This document shows positions 19,083 to 28,306 of a stretch of DNA of 35,353 nt, piece after piece. The DNA comes from a virus, in the UHGV virus genome UHGV-0105470; one strand, 5' to 3'. Position numbers and translations under genes: made by a program. The number at the start of each line of letters is the position of its first letter. The stretch's first letter is position 1. Under the pieces are notes generated by a model. It was not told the DNA's origin and ran no database searches. It saw only the letters and a program-made list of their open reading frames with translations.

Positions 19083-19112
19083 AAGGGTATCAAACACATT
19101 GTCAATACCCTT
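19083..19112. terminator. perfect 8-bp hairpin (AAGGGTAT-N14-ATACCCTT), possible terminator
   Basis: Inverted repeat followed by a T-rich tract on the plus strand; sits between the vWA gene 3' end and the tRNA array. Confidence 0.4.
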
Positions 19113-19123
19113 TTTAAAACTTT

Positions 19124-20538
19124 TTACCAGATATAACGGTCAACCATTACTGCTTTGAGCATTACGCTGATTGGGTCAAACTTCTCACCACCAAGCAGAG
19201 CTTTTAAAGTGGCTGGAGAGAACCCTGATACCATCGCTACACCATTATCCTTAACAGATACTTCGCAAGTACCATTACGGTTTGCTAAGTACCAGAATAC
19301 TAGTTGTGGCATTTCGTATCCAGCTTTTTTGTACTTACTCTGAATTGCTTCAAAGTTTGTACGACCATTTGCACCATCAACCTGATTAAACTCCATATCA
19401 GAGAAGATAATAAGCTTACTTGGCATATCTTTCTGAGTCAAGTTGTTTCTCTTACCTATCTCAAGAATACGGTCAAAGCTGCTTGTAAGTTAGTTGAACC
19501 ATATTCAACATGACGCATTACCTGACGATGACGGTTTCGTAAATCACCACTCAGTTCAATGAAATGAGGGTTTGTTGAATAGACCATTAACTCATCTTTA
19601 AAGCAACCTGTATTGCGTTCTGCTACATACAAGGCAAGTGATACACCAATATCAAGGGCAGTGATTGAACCAAGATTCACCCAAGACATTGAGCTTGAAA
19701 CATCAGTCATACACAAGATGTTCTCACCTTCTGCCATCCAGTTTGGTAGTGCTTTCCACTGCTCATTAGCAACATCTGCATTACCATGCTTGATAGACTT
19801 AATCACATCGTATGGGTAGACAGCACCAGCATTAATCTTAGCCTCACCTTTTGATAAGGACTCAATGTAAGCTTTGTAGCGTTCTCCATCTTTGCGGTTA
19901 AAGAGCTTTTGGTAACGTGCAGCAGCAAGAGACGGAATCTTACTGTAATCAATCTTACCAAACTCATTAGCAGAGATTTTTTGCTCAACCGTATCAGACA
20001 GTGCAGATAACAGTGTGCGGTATTCTTTCTCGCTTAAGTTTGCAAACTTACAGAAACGTTTTACAAACTGTTTGTGTCGTGGTTTTACTCGTGGTAACCA
20101 CTTGGCTGCTAAACCTGCTGTCTCAGGGTCTAGTAATGCTGCTTCTAAATGCTTAAAGGCATCTGTCTCAAAACGAGTACCTACGAAGATTTTGAAGTCA
20201 TCAAAACGACCAAGTTCTGCAATCTTATCCATAATACGAAGAAACTGTGTAGGCTCTAAAACTTTATCTTCGATTGCTTGAAGTAAAACAGTTCTGAAGG
20301 CTTTACGCTCACCCATACCTTCTCGTACATCTCGCATGTGAAGCAAAATACGAACTGCAACATCAACATCCTCACGCAAAGCTTTGTAGAACAAGTCTGG
20401 TAAGATTTCTACATTGCTACGGCTTGAACCAGCAGCTTTGTAAAAGTCCACAAGAGCAGACATTGATGAAGTATGGTTTACAGCACCATTTTCAGTTCGA
20501 CCTGCATGAAGGTGCGCATGTTTAAATAATTCGCTCAT
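19124..20538 (-). pseudogene. vWA-domain protein gene (Ro60/TROVE-like?) interrupted by a frameshift
   Basis: ORF 19456..20538 carries MIDAS motif DVSSS and ends ...GSTNLQAALTVFLR*; ORF 19124..19441 in a different frame carries the downstream vWA motif LIIFSDMEF; the two frames overlap at 19456-19492. Confidence 0.6.
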
Positions 20539-20619
20539 ATTTTACTCTCTTCTCTCATTTGTTGTTTGATGTGACAGACTTTAGAGCAACTTTGTAGAGT
20601 CTGTCAACACCTTTTAAAA

Positions 20620-20991
20620 TTATTTTTTGAGAGTCGCTACAGCAGAGAACGTTGGTTTGTTATCTGTCTGTGGTTGACCACCATTATCAGGAGTCTTCTT
20701 AGTGTCTGCTGCAAGTGCTTTCATCTCACCTGCTGAGTGAGTAAAGATAGTTTTACCGACCTCAATCATACTCTTGATGGTTACATCGTCTGTGTTTAAC
20801 CCGAACTCTGCAAGCTTAGCAGCATCCCTTGTAACAATCGCCTCAAACAGCTTTGCAGCAAACTCAGCAGAATTATCAATGGTCAGTTGAGCTTTTACGA
20901 GTGAGCTTTTGTTACGAGAGCCTTTTGGTCTTCCAGATGGGTTTCCAGATTGGCCTTTTTTAAACTGGCCTTTGTTTGTTCTGTTTTTCAT
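20620..20991 (-). CDS. hypothetical basic protein with N-terminal GNPxGRPKG motif
   Basis: 123-aa ORF; N-terminus NKGQFKKGQSGNPSGRPKGSRNK is a motif recurrent in small phage DNA-binding/packaging-associated proteins (recalled, not searched). Confidence 0.55.
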   Translation of the reverse strand: MKNRTNKGQFKKGQSGNPSGRPKGSRNKSSLVKAQLTIDNSAEFAAKLFEAIVTRDAAKLAEFGLNTDDVTIKSMIEVGKTIFTHSAGEMKALAADTKKTPDNGGQPQTDNKPTFSAVATLKK

Positions 20992-21240
20992 TGGTATGCC
21001 TCTTATAAGACCTCTTAAAAGGCTTTTAAGATAAAAGATAGATATCCAGAAAGATATCTGTTTAAATAGCCTTTTTAGAGGAACCTTTTAAGTTATCTTC
21101 TAAGTATTTATAAGCCTACACCTTGTCAAGTACTTTGTCAACAACTTTTTTAACTTGCAATAGTTCTTGACTTGTTGTATGGATTACTGTACCATCTTAC
21201 TTAAAGCTGTAGGTCTGCCTTGTTCTACAAAGGAGACTTA
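20992..21240. promoter_or_regulatory. divergent intergenic control region
   Basis: Between divergently oriented genes; contains TTGTCA/TTGACT hexamers, palindrome AGATATC-cagaaa-GATATCT and several CTTNNAAG motifs. Confidence 0.4.
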
Positions 21241-21402
21241 ATGAGAAAATCAAACAACCCGAAGAAAGGTAAAAATACCAATCACTGTAAGGAATCAAAA
21301 AGGGTAGAGTTACTCTACTATTCATCCTCTGAAATTGGTCTGTACCTGTTCTTTCAAAATTACAGAAGACAAGAGGATTATCTATGTGTAGTTCCCAATT
21401 AG
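21241..21402 (+). CDS. hypothetical small basic protein
   Basis: ATG at 21241 preceded by AAGGAGA; shorter than the ORF-track 21220 start. Confidence 0.4.
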   Translation: MRKSNNPKKGKNTNHCKESKRVELLYYSSSEIGLYLFFQNYRRQEDYLCVVPN

Positions 21403-21629
21403 AAATCGCAGATATTATAGATTTATATAAGACTGCAAAGAGTCATGGCTATATAACCTCAATTGGAAAGAATAGTCACTACGATGCTTTGACTGGAATG
21501 TATTTCAGGGCAATGGCTCAATCTAGTGAACAACACTTAATGGTTTCTTCCAGTGAGTTTACTTCGTTTCTCTATTGCAGCAAAATCATAAATCGCAGGA
21601 GAACTGAAAATGTTAACAGTAAGTTTTAA
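21384..21629 (+). CDS. hypothetical protein
   Basis: 81-aa ORF overlapping both neighbours by about 20 nt. Confidence 0.35.
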   Translation: MCSSQLEIADIIDLYKTAKSHGYITSIGKNSHYDALTGMYFRAMAQSSEQHLMVSSSEFTSFLYCSKIINRRRTENVNSKF

Positions 21630-22200
21630 TTATAATAGTGATGGCTCTGTATCAATTAATTCACCATATGCAAATGACCTATTGAAAGCGCTAGTTAATC
21701 AGTGTGATAGAGGTCTTCACTATGTCCCAAATTCTTTCAAGCAGAAGACTATTGCCAATAACCTGATGCGTGTGACGGTTACGACATCAAACCCAAACTA
21801 TGACATTGATAGTGAAAGTCCTTACTCTTTAGTGGCTCTTGGAGAATGCAGTCAATTTAAACTTGTATGCCACGACTCAGAAACATTTCTTAAGGTATTT
21901 TCCAACCTTATTCACAATAACAAGTATGGATATGTTGATGGTAGTGTTAACTTCTATCCAGCAAACTATACCTGTCTATTGATTGATAATATGAGAAACA
22001 GCAAGCAAGAGCCTACAGAAATTTCATTTGATGTGAACTCTAGTCCAGACGCAGAAACAAGTAATAACTTCGATATGAGTTACGCGCTATCACTCAGCAA
22101 GAAATCCGAGTTCATTGATTATGTCAATGGATTTGGTTTTAAGTTTGACGAGAGCATGAATCTCAAAAAACTTAAGAACCTACTTAAGACCAAAGCTTAA
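21610..22200 (+). CDS. hypothetical protein
   Basis: 196-aa ORF preceded by GGAG-like SD (aggagaactgaaaATG). Confidence 0.6.
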   Translation: MLTVSFNYNSDGSVSINSPYANDLLKALVNQCDRGLHYVPNSFKQKTIANNLMRVTVTTSNPNYDIDSESPYSLVALGECSQFKLVCHDSETFLKVFSNLIHNNKYGYVDGSVNFYPANYTCLLIDNMRNSKQEPTEISFDVNSSPDAETSNNFDMSYALSLSKKSEFIDYVNGFGFKFDESMNLKKLKNLLKTKA

Positions 22201-22247
22201 GTATAAACAGGGGCTGATGCCCCTTTATCTGTTTATAAGGATATTTA

Positions 22248-22619
22248 ATGAAGGCTAAGAGTGCAAAAGACTTTTATTGCTTCCTACAATCCTATATCCA
22301 CTCCGTGGAGAATGGTGAAAGATACAATCTTAACGATGTTATTGCATCACCTTTAACATGGAGAATGAGTAAATGGCCTGAAGAGGATATTACACCAACT
22401 GCCGAACAACCCACCTATAACCCAGAAATTAAACTCCCAGATTCAGATAAGTTACTATACCCAATGTTCCACATTGTCGGGCTTGGTACGTTTATCATGG
22501 ATATCCAGTATGTAATTGGTAAGGGTTATAAAGTTGAAGGTATTGTTGTTAGTGATGTGTCTCCACAACATAAAGGCTATTTTAGATTAAACGCACGTTT
22601 AGAGGCTAAAAAGAAATGA
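22248..22619 (+). CDS. hypothetical protein, paralog of the N-terminal domain of the next gene
   Basis: 123 aa; shares YxxF..F..G...V..GxRY.....Y.EAI.PLTY...WPEADI pattern with residues 1-120 of 22616..23746; stop overlaps next start (ATGA). Confidence 0.6.
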   Translation: MKAKSAKDFYCFLQSYIHSVENGERYNLNDVIASPLTWRMSKWPEEDITPTAEQPTYNPEIKLPDSDKLLYPMFHIVGLGTFIMDIQYVIGKGYKVEGIVVSDVSPQHKGYFRLNARLEAKKK

Positions 22620-23746
22620 TTAAAGCAAAGACTTACCCAGACTTCAAAGAATTTGTAAGGGGTTTCATTGCAAATGTAAAGGCTGGTAAGAGATATGATT
22701 TTAGAACATATCAAGAAGCTATTTTACCACTTACCTATAGTTCATATTGGCCTGAAGCTGATATCGCAGAAGTTGAGAAGTTTGACTACAAACCAGACTA
22801 CAAAGTACCTTTTAGTGATGATTTGCTTTACAGCATCGGTGCTCAAAGGAGAACTTCTGACTTCTTCATGGATTTACAATATGCAATTATCAATGGTAAA
22901 GACGTTGATACAGTGTATTGTGAATGGTTGGCAAGAGTTAAGCCGTTCTCAATGTTGAATGCTAAGTTGAAGGATGCCATTAAGCCACCAGTAATTACTC
23001 AGCAACCGACAAACCAAACAGTCAATGAAGGTGGAGCACTTACCCTAAGTGTTCTCGCAACTAATGCCACTGGGTATCAATGGAAGAAGGATGGCGAGAA
23101 TATCTCCAGTGCCACATCTGCAACCTATACAAAACAATCTGTAGTACCTTCTGACGCTGGTTCATACACTTGTGTTGTGACTGGTGCTGGTGGTTCTGTT
23201 ACTTCTAACCCTGCAACTATCACGGTAAAGGCTTTGCCAGTTATCACTCAGCAACCAGCAAATCAAGAAATCACTGAAGGTGAGACCTTAACGCTGAATG
23301 TTGTGGCAACTGGTGCAACAGGTTACCAGTGGAAGAAAGGTGAGGAAGTCATCCCAGACGCAACTGCTGCAACTTACACCAAAGAAGGTGCAACTGCTGC
23401 TGATGCAGGAAGCTACACTTGTGTTGTGACTGGTGCTGGTGGTTCTGTTACTTCTAACCCTGCAACTATCACGGTAAAGGCTTTGCCAGTTATCACTCAG
23501 CAACCAGCAAATCAAGAAATCACTGAAGGTGAGACCTTAACGCTGAATGTTGTGGCAACTGGTGCAACAGGTTACCAGTGGAAGAAAGGTGAGGAAGTCA
23601 TCCCAGACGCAACTGCTGCAACTTACACCAAAGAAGGTGCAACTGCTGCTGATGCAGGAAGCTACACTTGTGTTGTGACTGGTGCTGGTGGTTCTGTTAC
23701 TTCTAATGCGGCAACAGTTACAGTTAACCCAGCAGGGGAGGCATAA
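22616..23746 (+). CDS. protein with N-terminal domain plus three tandem Ig-like domains
   Basis: 376 aa; three 83-aa repeats with the Ig-type pattern GYQWKK(D/G)(G/E)E...AGSYTCVVTGAGGSVTSN; stop overlaps lysozyme start. Confidence 0.7.
   Translation: MIKAKTYPDFKEFVRGFIANVKAGKRYDFRTYQEAILPLTYSSYWPEADIAEVEKFDYKPDYKVPFSDDLLYSIGAQRRTSDFFMDLQYAIINGKDVDTVYCEWLARVKPFSMLNAKLKDAIKPPVITQQPTNQTVNEGGALTLSVLATNATGYQWKKDGENISSATSATYTKQSVVPSDAGSYTCVVTGAGGSVTSNPATITVKALPVITQQPANQEITEGETLTLNVVATGATGYQWKKGEEVIPDATAATYTKEGATAADAGSYTCVVTGAGGSVTSNPATITVKALPVITQQPANQEITEGETLTLNVVATGATGYQWKKGEEVIPDATAATYTKEGATAADAGSYTCVVTGAGGSVTSNAATVTVNPAGEA
23166..23706 (+). repeat. perfect tandem duplication, 249-bp unit (about 2.2 copies), encoding Ig-like domains 2 and 3
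   Basis: Sequence at x and x+249 matched in every block compared by eye from about 23166 to 23457; a diverged copy precedes at about 22990. Confidence 0.85.
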
Positions 23747-24210
23747 TGCAACTCTCAAGAAAAGGTTTAGAAGCCATTAAGTTCTTTGAAGGTCTGAAGT
23801 TAGAGGCTTACAAAGACTCTGCCGGAATCCCAACAATTGGGTATGGTACAATCCGTATTGACGGAAAACCTGTTAAGATGGGTATGAAAATCACGGCTGA
23901 ACAAGCTGAACAGTATCTTCTTGCAGATGTTGAAAAGTTTGTTGCAGCAGTGAACAAAGCTATCAATGTTCCTACTTCTCAGAATGAGTTCGATGCTCTT
24001 GTAAGTGAAACATACAACATCGGTATTACAGCTATGCAGGATTCTACATTTATCAAGCGCCACAATGCTGGTAATAAGGTAGGTTGTGCAGAAGCTATGC
24101 AGTGGTGGAACAAGGTTACAGTCAAAGGTCAGAAGGTCACTTCAAACGGTCTGAAAAATAGACGAAGAATGGAAGCTGACATTTATCTTGACAGTGTATA
24201 TCCAAAGTAA
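23746..24210 (+). CDS. endolysin, GH24 lysozyme (T4 e / lambda R-like)
   Basis: N-terminal FFEGLKLEAYKDSAGIPTIGYG matches the T4 lysozyme catalytic region (Glu, Asp, Thr); 154 aa single domain. Confidence 0.9.
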   Translation: MQLSRKGLEAIKFFEGLKLEAYKDSAGIPTIGYGTIRIDGKPVKMGMKITAEQAEQYLLADVEKFVAAVNKAINVPTSQNEFDALVSETYNIGITAMQDSTFIKRHNAGNKVGCAEAMQWWNKVTVKGQKVTSNGLKNRRRMEADIYLDSVYPK

Positions 24211-24219
24211 TATCTTCAT

Positions 24220-24243
24220 AGGCTCCTTCGGGAGCCTTTTTTA
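24220..24243 (+). terminator. rho-independent terminator after lysozyme gene
   Basis: AGGCTCC-ttcg-GGAGCCT hairpin followed by T6. Confidence 0.75.
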
Positions 24244-24261
24244 TTTTCTAAGGAGAAAACT

Positions 24262-24660
24262 ATGAAACTTTGGGCTAGTGACTTTGGGACTTTTAAGTAC
24301 ACTCGTAACGGTTCACTTGTACGCATCATTGGAAACAATGTAGTTTCAAGAGGCGACAAGGTGTATACACGGTTTACTGTAGAGCTTGTTGAACTGTCAC
24401 CTATTGAGTCTGTGAACAATGGCATGTTCAAGTTTGAGACTTACAATGTCAATGAGCATGGACAATTCAATCCTCTTGGTGAAAGTGGACTTGATATTAT
24501 TTCAGAGCACCCATTGACAAAAGAGCAACTTGCAGGTTACTATAAAACTGTTCTGGAAAGGCAGTTAGCAACACATGAACAAGAAGCTAACTACCATTTA
24601 CAGCATTGCGAAACTTTAAGAGCAAAAATCGAACAAGCAGAGAGAGGTTTTTATGAATAA
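24262..24660 (+). CDS. hypothetical protein
   Basis: 132-aa ORF with SD AAGGAGAAAA before ATG. Confidence 0.6.
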   Translation: MKLWASDFGTFKYTRNGSLVRIIGNNVVSRGDKVYTRFTVELVELSPIESVNNGMFKFETYNVNEHGQFNPLGESGLDIISEHPLTKEQLAGYYKTVLERQLATHEQEANYHLQHCETLRAKIEQAERGFYE

Positions 24661-25048
24661 TAACAGTCATATCCACGTTAAAGTTGATGTCAGTCGTTAC
24701 AGCGAAAATGAGGAACTAGACCTGCAAGATGCTCTTCTCTTTGAGAAGAATGGTAATCTCCATTTGCATTTTGAAGGTACAAACACATATCTCCACAGAT
24801 GCCGAGATGATGCAGATGGTTGCCCTGTTTTTGCTTGGTATAATTTAGAGTTTCCACTTTACGCAATCCATTATCCAGATGGTGGAGAAGACTGGACAAC
24901 TCAATCAATCTTTGATGAGCTTAACGGTATTCCGGTTGAGCAGGAAGAACAAGAGCCTGTTGAGCTTACCTTCACCTTCGTCAAAGAAGAAACGGTTGGT
25001 GATTTGTCAGTAACTGAAGCTATTCAGGTAACACAGGTCATTCGCTAA
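24653..25048 (+). CDS. hypothetical protein
   Basis: 131-aa ORF overlapping upstream stop. Confidence 0.55.
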   Translation: MNNNSHIHVKVDVSRYSENEELDLQDALLFEKNGNLHLHFEGTNTYLHRCRDDADGCPVFAWYNLEFPLYAIHYPDGGEDWTTQSIFDELNGIPVEQEEQEPVELTFTFVKEETVGDLSVTEAIQVTQVIR

Positions 25049-25341
25049 TGAGTAAAGTACAGGTTATTTTCCCTATTTGTGACTTCTCACTAGAACGTGA
25101 ACTTGACCTGTACGAAGAAATTACTGACGAAATCATCTGGTCTGTTGTAGAAGAGGCTATCAAGAAGTTGTATGGTGGCCTCTTAAACCCATCAAGTAAA
25201 AAGCTTAATACCAAACAAGTAGCTGATACGTACACGTCATATGATGCCTACAACAAACCTTTTGAGAACACCTGCTTTGACCTTATGGTAGGTAATAATA
25301 AAGTCAACTATTTCTTCGTCAGAGAGTTTAACGATGAGTAA
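25048..25341 (+). CDS. hypothetical protein
   Basis: 97-aa ORF, start overlaps upstream stop. Confidence 0.55.
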   Translation: MSKVQVIFPICDFSLERELDLYEEITDEIIWSVVEEAIKKLYGGLLNPSSKKLNTKQVADTYTSYDAYNKPFENTCFDLMVGNNKVNYFFVREFNDE

Positions 25342-25678
25342 GCTCCATGTCACAGTGTACAAAAACTTCTCAGATATCAAAGAGTCTTTAACAAATAAGC
25401 TTGACTTACAACGTAAAAGACTCTTTTTAATGTACGACATAGACAACTACAACCATCCTAAAGAGTTTAACTACAAAGATGGTACAAAGGTCGTTGAATT
25501 TGAAGATTCTGTAACGGTGTATGTCAAGCATGACTTACCAGCAAAGTACATAGGGATGTTAGAGTATTACATATTCAAACATACTGGTATGCGTGGTGAA
25601 TCTGTTAAGATATCTTCTATAGAAGTTTTTGAGAAACCTAACACACAACTTAAAAAGTATTTAATGAGGAAACTGTAA
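25334..25678 (+). CDS. hypothetical protein
   Basis: 114-aa ORF. Confidence 0.55.
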   Translation: MSKLHVTVYKNFSDIKESLTNKLDLQRKRLFLMYDIDNYNHPKEFNYKDGTKVVEFEDSVTVYVKHDLPAKYIGMLEYYIFKHTGMRGESVKISSIEVFEKPNTQLKKYLMRKL

Positions 25679-26259
25679 TGTCCGAAGAGCAACAGAATAT
25701 TACTCCACAAGTAACACTGGTACAACATTTTGGAAATATTGAAGGTTGTGTTGCACTTTTTCAACCAAGCATCAACTCTCCTGCAAAAGTCTGTAAGTTG
25801 ACTATGAATGTCAACAACATTAGTGTTTGTCTTGTTGAGGAAGTTCAGTACTTCAAGTTTAATGACAGAGAAGTTGATGCTGCACTTTTGAAGTATCGAG
25901 CAAATCTCGAAAAAGACATTGACCATAAAGAACTTGTAACACTGTTCGGTGACCTTCACAAGCTTCTTGAAAAGGTTATGAAGCGCACATACTACATGAA
26001 CAATGGTTCAATTATCACCACTCTGATTTCACCATGTATCTCAGAGCCAATCCTGACTGATGAAGGTGGGTACTATGTTGTAGCATCAGCAGATTCTGAC
26101 TGGTGGATGAAAAATACAGCACTGAAGACAGTAATTGAAGCCATTCGTGAGCATATCCCTTCATTCAGCCCGTGGAAAGGCAAAGGTGATGACTTCATCG
26201 CACTGTTGAGTGAAGAGAGTAACAAGAGAAGCGCATTACTGCCTAAAAAATACTCTTGA
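25678..26259 (+). CDS. hypothetical protein
   Basis: 193-aa ORF, start overlaps upstream stop (TAATG). Confidence 0.55.
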   Translation: MSEEQQNITPQVTLVQHFGNIEGCVALFQPSINSPAKVCKLTMNVNNISVCLVEEVQYFKFNDREVDAALLKYRANLEKDIDHKELVTLFGDLHKLLEKVMKRTYYMNNGSIITTLISPCISEPILTDEGGYYVVASADSDWWMKNTALKTVIEAIREHIPSFSPWKGKGDDFIALLSEESNKRSALLPKKYS

Positions 26260-26343
26260 CCGAATATACAATGTTAACTATGATGGGAGCTATCGAGAGG
26301 TAGTTCCCTTTTTTAGTTTCTTAAGAAGATGCGTGGTGAAAGA

Positions 26344-26562
26344 ATGAAAAAACTAACTACAGTTGAAGATTACTACAAGCTGTCCCTATTAGAACAATAT
26401 CGTAGAAGTCAGAATATCAGAAAATGCTATGGTAAACACGCTGAAGGTGACTTTTACCGTTGCTACGATGCAGATTTAAAAGGTGTAACACCTAGAGGGA
26501 AAGTCCTGCAAAGACTTGTTGACCTTGAGTGGAACAAACGATTGAGAGAGGTTGGAAAATGA
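26344..26562 (+). CDS. hypothetical small basic protein
   Basis: ATG at 26344 (MKKLTTV...) preceded by GGTGAAAGA; chosen over ORF-track start 26329. Confidence 0.5.
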   Translation: MKKLTTVEDYYKLSLLEQYRRSQNIRKCYGKHAEGDFYRCYDADLKGVTPRGKVLQRLVDLEWNKRLREVGK

Positions 26563-27062
26563 TTTACGAAGAAAGATATAAGATAGATTATCAGGATACT
26601 CGCCATCATACTTCTTTGAGAGTAACCAAACCAAATGGGGATACTGGTATCATAGCACATTTTGGTGGTGATTATTGGTACGGTACAGGTTGCTTTGAAG
26701 GCTACACTCAAGAATACCTGAAAGCTTTCTACAGAGACTTTACAAATGACTACAACAGGGTTGTTGACGAAAAGAATAAGTGCATTAAGCATGAACACCA
26801 TGCCAGAGGTTGTTTAAGTACGGTAATGGTACTGGCATTTTTCCTAGCAACATTACTGGCAGTATCAGCAATCAGTTCCATAGCTCAAGACTTAACCATT
26901 ACACAGATTACTGCAAAGGTATATGATGTTTGGTACTTGTATGCTGTCCCTTTAATTGGTATCATCATCTCACTACTAAGATTCAGAGTTCATAAGAAAC
27001 GACTTAAGGACTCGGAGATTAAACTTGAAGAGGTAAGTAAAGAATGCAACCTACAATTATAG
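26559..27062 (+). CDS. hypothetical membrane protein (two predicted TM helices)
   Basis: ATG at 26559 preceded by GAGAGAGG; hydrophobic segments VMVLAFFLATLLAVSAISSIA and VWYLYAVPLIGIIISLL. Confidence 0.55.
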   Translation: MIYEERYKIDYQDTRHHTSLRVTKPNGDTGIIAHFGGDYWYGTGCFEGYTQEYLKAFYRDFTNDYNRVVDEKNKCIKHEHHARGCLSTVMVLAFFLATLLAVSAISSIAQDLTITQITAKVYDVWYLYAVPLIGIIISLLRFRVHKKRLKDSEIKLEEVSKECNLQL

Positions 27063-27142
27063 CTGTATGTGTTCGTTTTGCAATCGCTGAAATGATTAAC
27101 AAGGCAATCTTGAAAGATGCCTATGGAGAGACTAAGCAATGA
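27044..27142 (+). CDS. possible small ORF (32 aa)
   Basis: ATG at 27044, stop overlaps next ATG (ATGA); below ORF-track size cut-off. Confidence 0.3.
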   Translation: MQPTIIAVCVRFAIAEMINKAILKDAYGETKQ

Positions 27143-27363
27143 TTAAGACACCTGTACCAATTTTTGGATTTCCTTCTATTGAAGAATTTAAAGTTTATCT
27201 TGACAAAAACTTCTACAATGAGCAGCCTGTTACTTTGCTGAAGAGTGACTTATCAGAGCTTCTTGATATGGTTATCAAGGCAACTTCTGAGAAGGAACCT
27301 GAGCAGAAAGCTGAGAAGAAGACTAGTAAGAAATCCGATAAGAAGACTGAAAAGTCTGAGTAG
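27139..27363 (+). CDS. hypothetical protein with Lys/Glu-rich tail
   Basis: 74-aa ORF. Confidence 0.5.
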   Translation: MIKTPVPIFGFPSIEEFKVYLDKNFYNEQPVTLLKSDLSELLDMVIKATSEKEPEQKAEKKTSKKSDKKTEKSE

Positions 27364-27369
27364 TAGCTT

Positions 27370-27394
27370 AAGGGGTTACTTGATAGCCCCTTTG
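27370..27394 (+). terminator. possible terminator hairpin
   Basis: AAGGGG-N11-CCCCTT stem-loop after stop of 27139..27363; weak T tract. Confidence 0.4.
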
Positions 27395-27416
27395 TAGAAA
27401 CTTAGAGGGTAGCGAA

Positions 27417-27839
27417 ATGAAAGAGCTTATTGGTAAAAGATTGACAGTTTACTGCTCTAAAACAAAGAAACCACTCACTTCTGTGAAGGTCTTTGATGTT
27501 GACGACACTGGTGTAGAGTATCCAATCCAATGCACAATACTTAACCCATTTAGTGCAGATGATATGGATTTTAAAGAGTGTGAAGTGATATCTTTTAATG
27601 CTGATGGGTATTGGAGAGGTAAGTTAAACAAGCAATCAGAAGATTTTGATATGCGAATACTTATCAATGAAGGCTATATCGGTGTAAAAGATATCCTTGT
27701 AGAAGCCTATGAAGAAGGTATAATAGATGTTGTGCATGATGTTGAAGAAGCTTTAAAGCTCATTATGCCACATTTAGAATCTGGGAAGCTGACTTTAGAG
27801 ATGCTTAATAGGGTTATTCGGAGAGCTTATGAAAATTAA
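27417..27839 (+). CDS. hypothetical protein
   Basis: 140-aa ORF with SD (gagggtagcgaaATG). Confidence 0.6.
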   Translation: MKELIGKRLTVYCSKTKKPLTSVKVFDVDDTGVEYPIQCTILNPFSADDMDFKECEVISFNADGYWRGKLNKQSEDFDMRILINEGYIGVKDILVEAYEEGIIDVVHDVEEALKLIMPHLESGKLTLEMLNRVIRRAYEN

Positions 27840-28293
27840 AGAAGTCGTTCAAAAAGCCATGCTTAACAATTCAACTAAACATGAAATGTACATAGAGATT
27901 TGTGATAAGCTGAATTGTTCAAGACATGCTGCTAAGGTTCTTGTAAGTTGCTTTATCTGGGAATGCTCAGAGGCTTATATGCAACATGTAGCTTTTGATA
28001 GTTCTCACTTACTAGGTGATGTAGAAGCTGGTGAGAAACTGAAAGAACCTGAGATGAAAACAGTTCCTAAAGTTGGTAATGTATACCCTCTTAAAGACTT
28101 CAAGACTGGAAAGATTGTTGCAAAAGGTGTAGTAGAATCTGTTTATCACGATGGTAAATACTTACTTAAAATATTTGAGTATGATAGCAGATATACACAC
28201 TTGTGTGGTCTTACATTCTTAGTAACAGAAGAAGACCTCATTAAGAACAACGATAACAAGTTTGCTGTTCCAGATTACCAAGTTTTACGATAA
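27829..28293 (+). CDS. hypothetical protein
   Basis: 154-aa ORF overlapping upstream gene end. Confidence 0.55.
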   Translation: MKIKEVVQKAMLNNSTKHEMYIEICDKLNCSRHAAKVLVSCFIWECSEAYMQHVAFDSSHLLGDVEAGEKLKEPEMKTVPKVGNVYPLKDFKTGKIVAKGVVESVYHDGKYLLKIFEYDSRYTHLCGLTFLVTEEDLIKNNDNKFAVPDYQVLR

Positions 28294-28306
28294 TGGTGTG
28301 ATAGAT

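Noticed and set aside
23288-23758. Two near-identical minus-strand ORFs (23288..23515 and 23537..23758)
   Set aside because: They are antisense reading frames through the two identical 249-bp Ig-domain repeats of gene 22616..23746; their identity reflects the tandem duplication.
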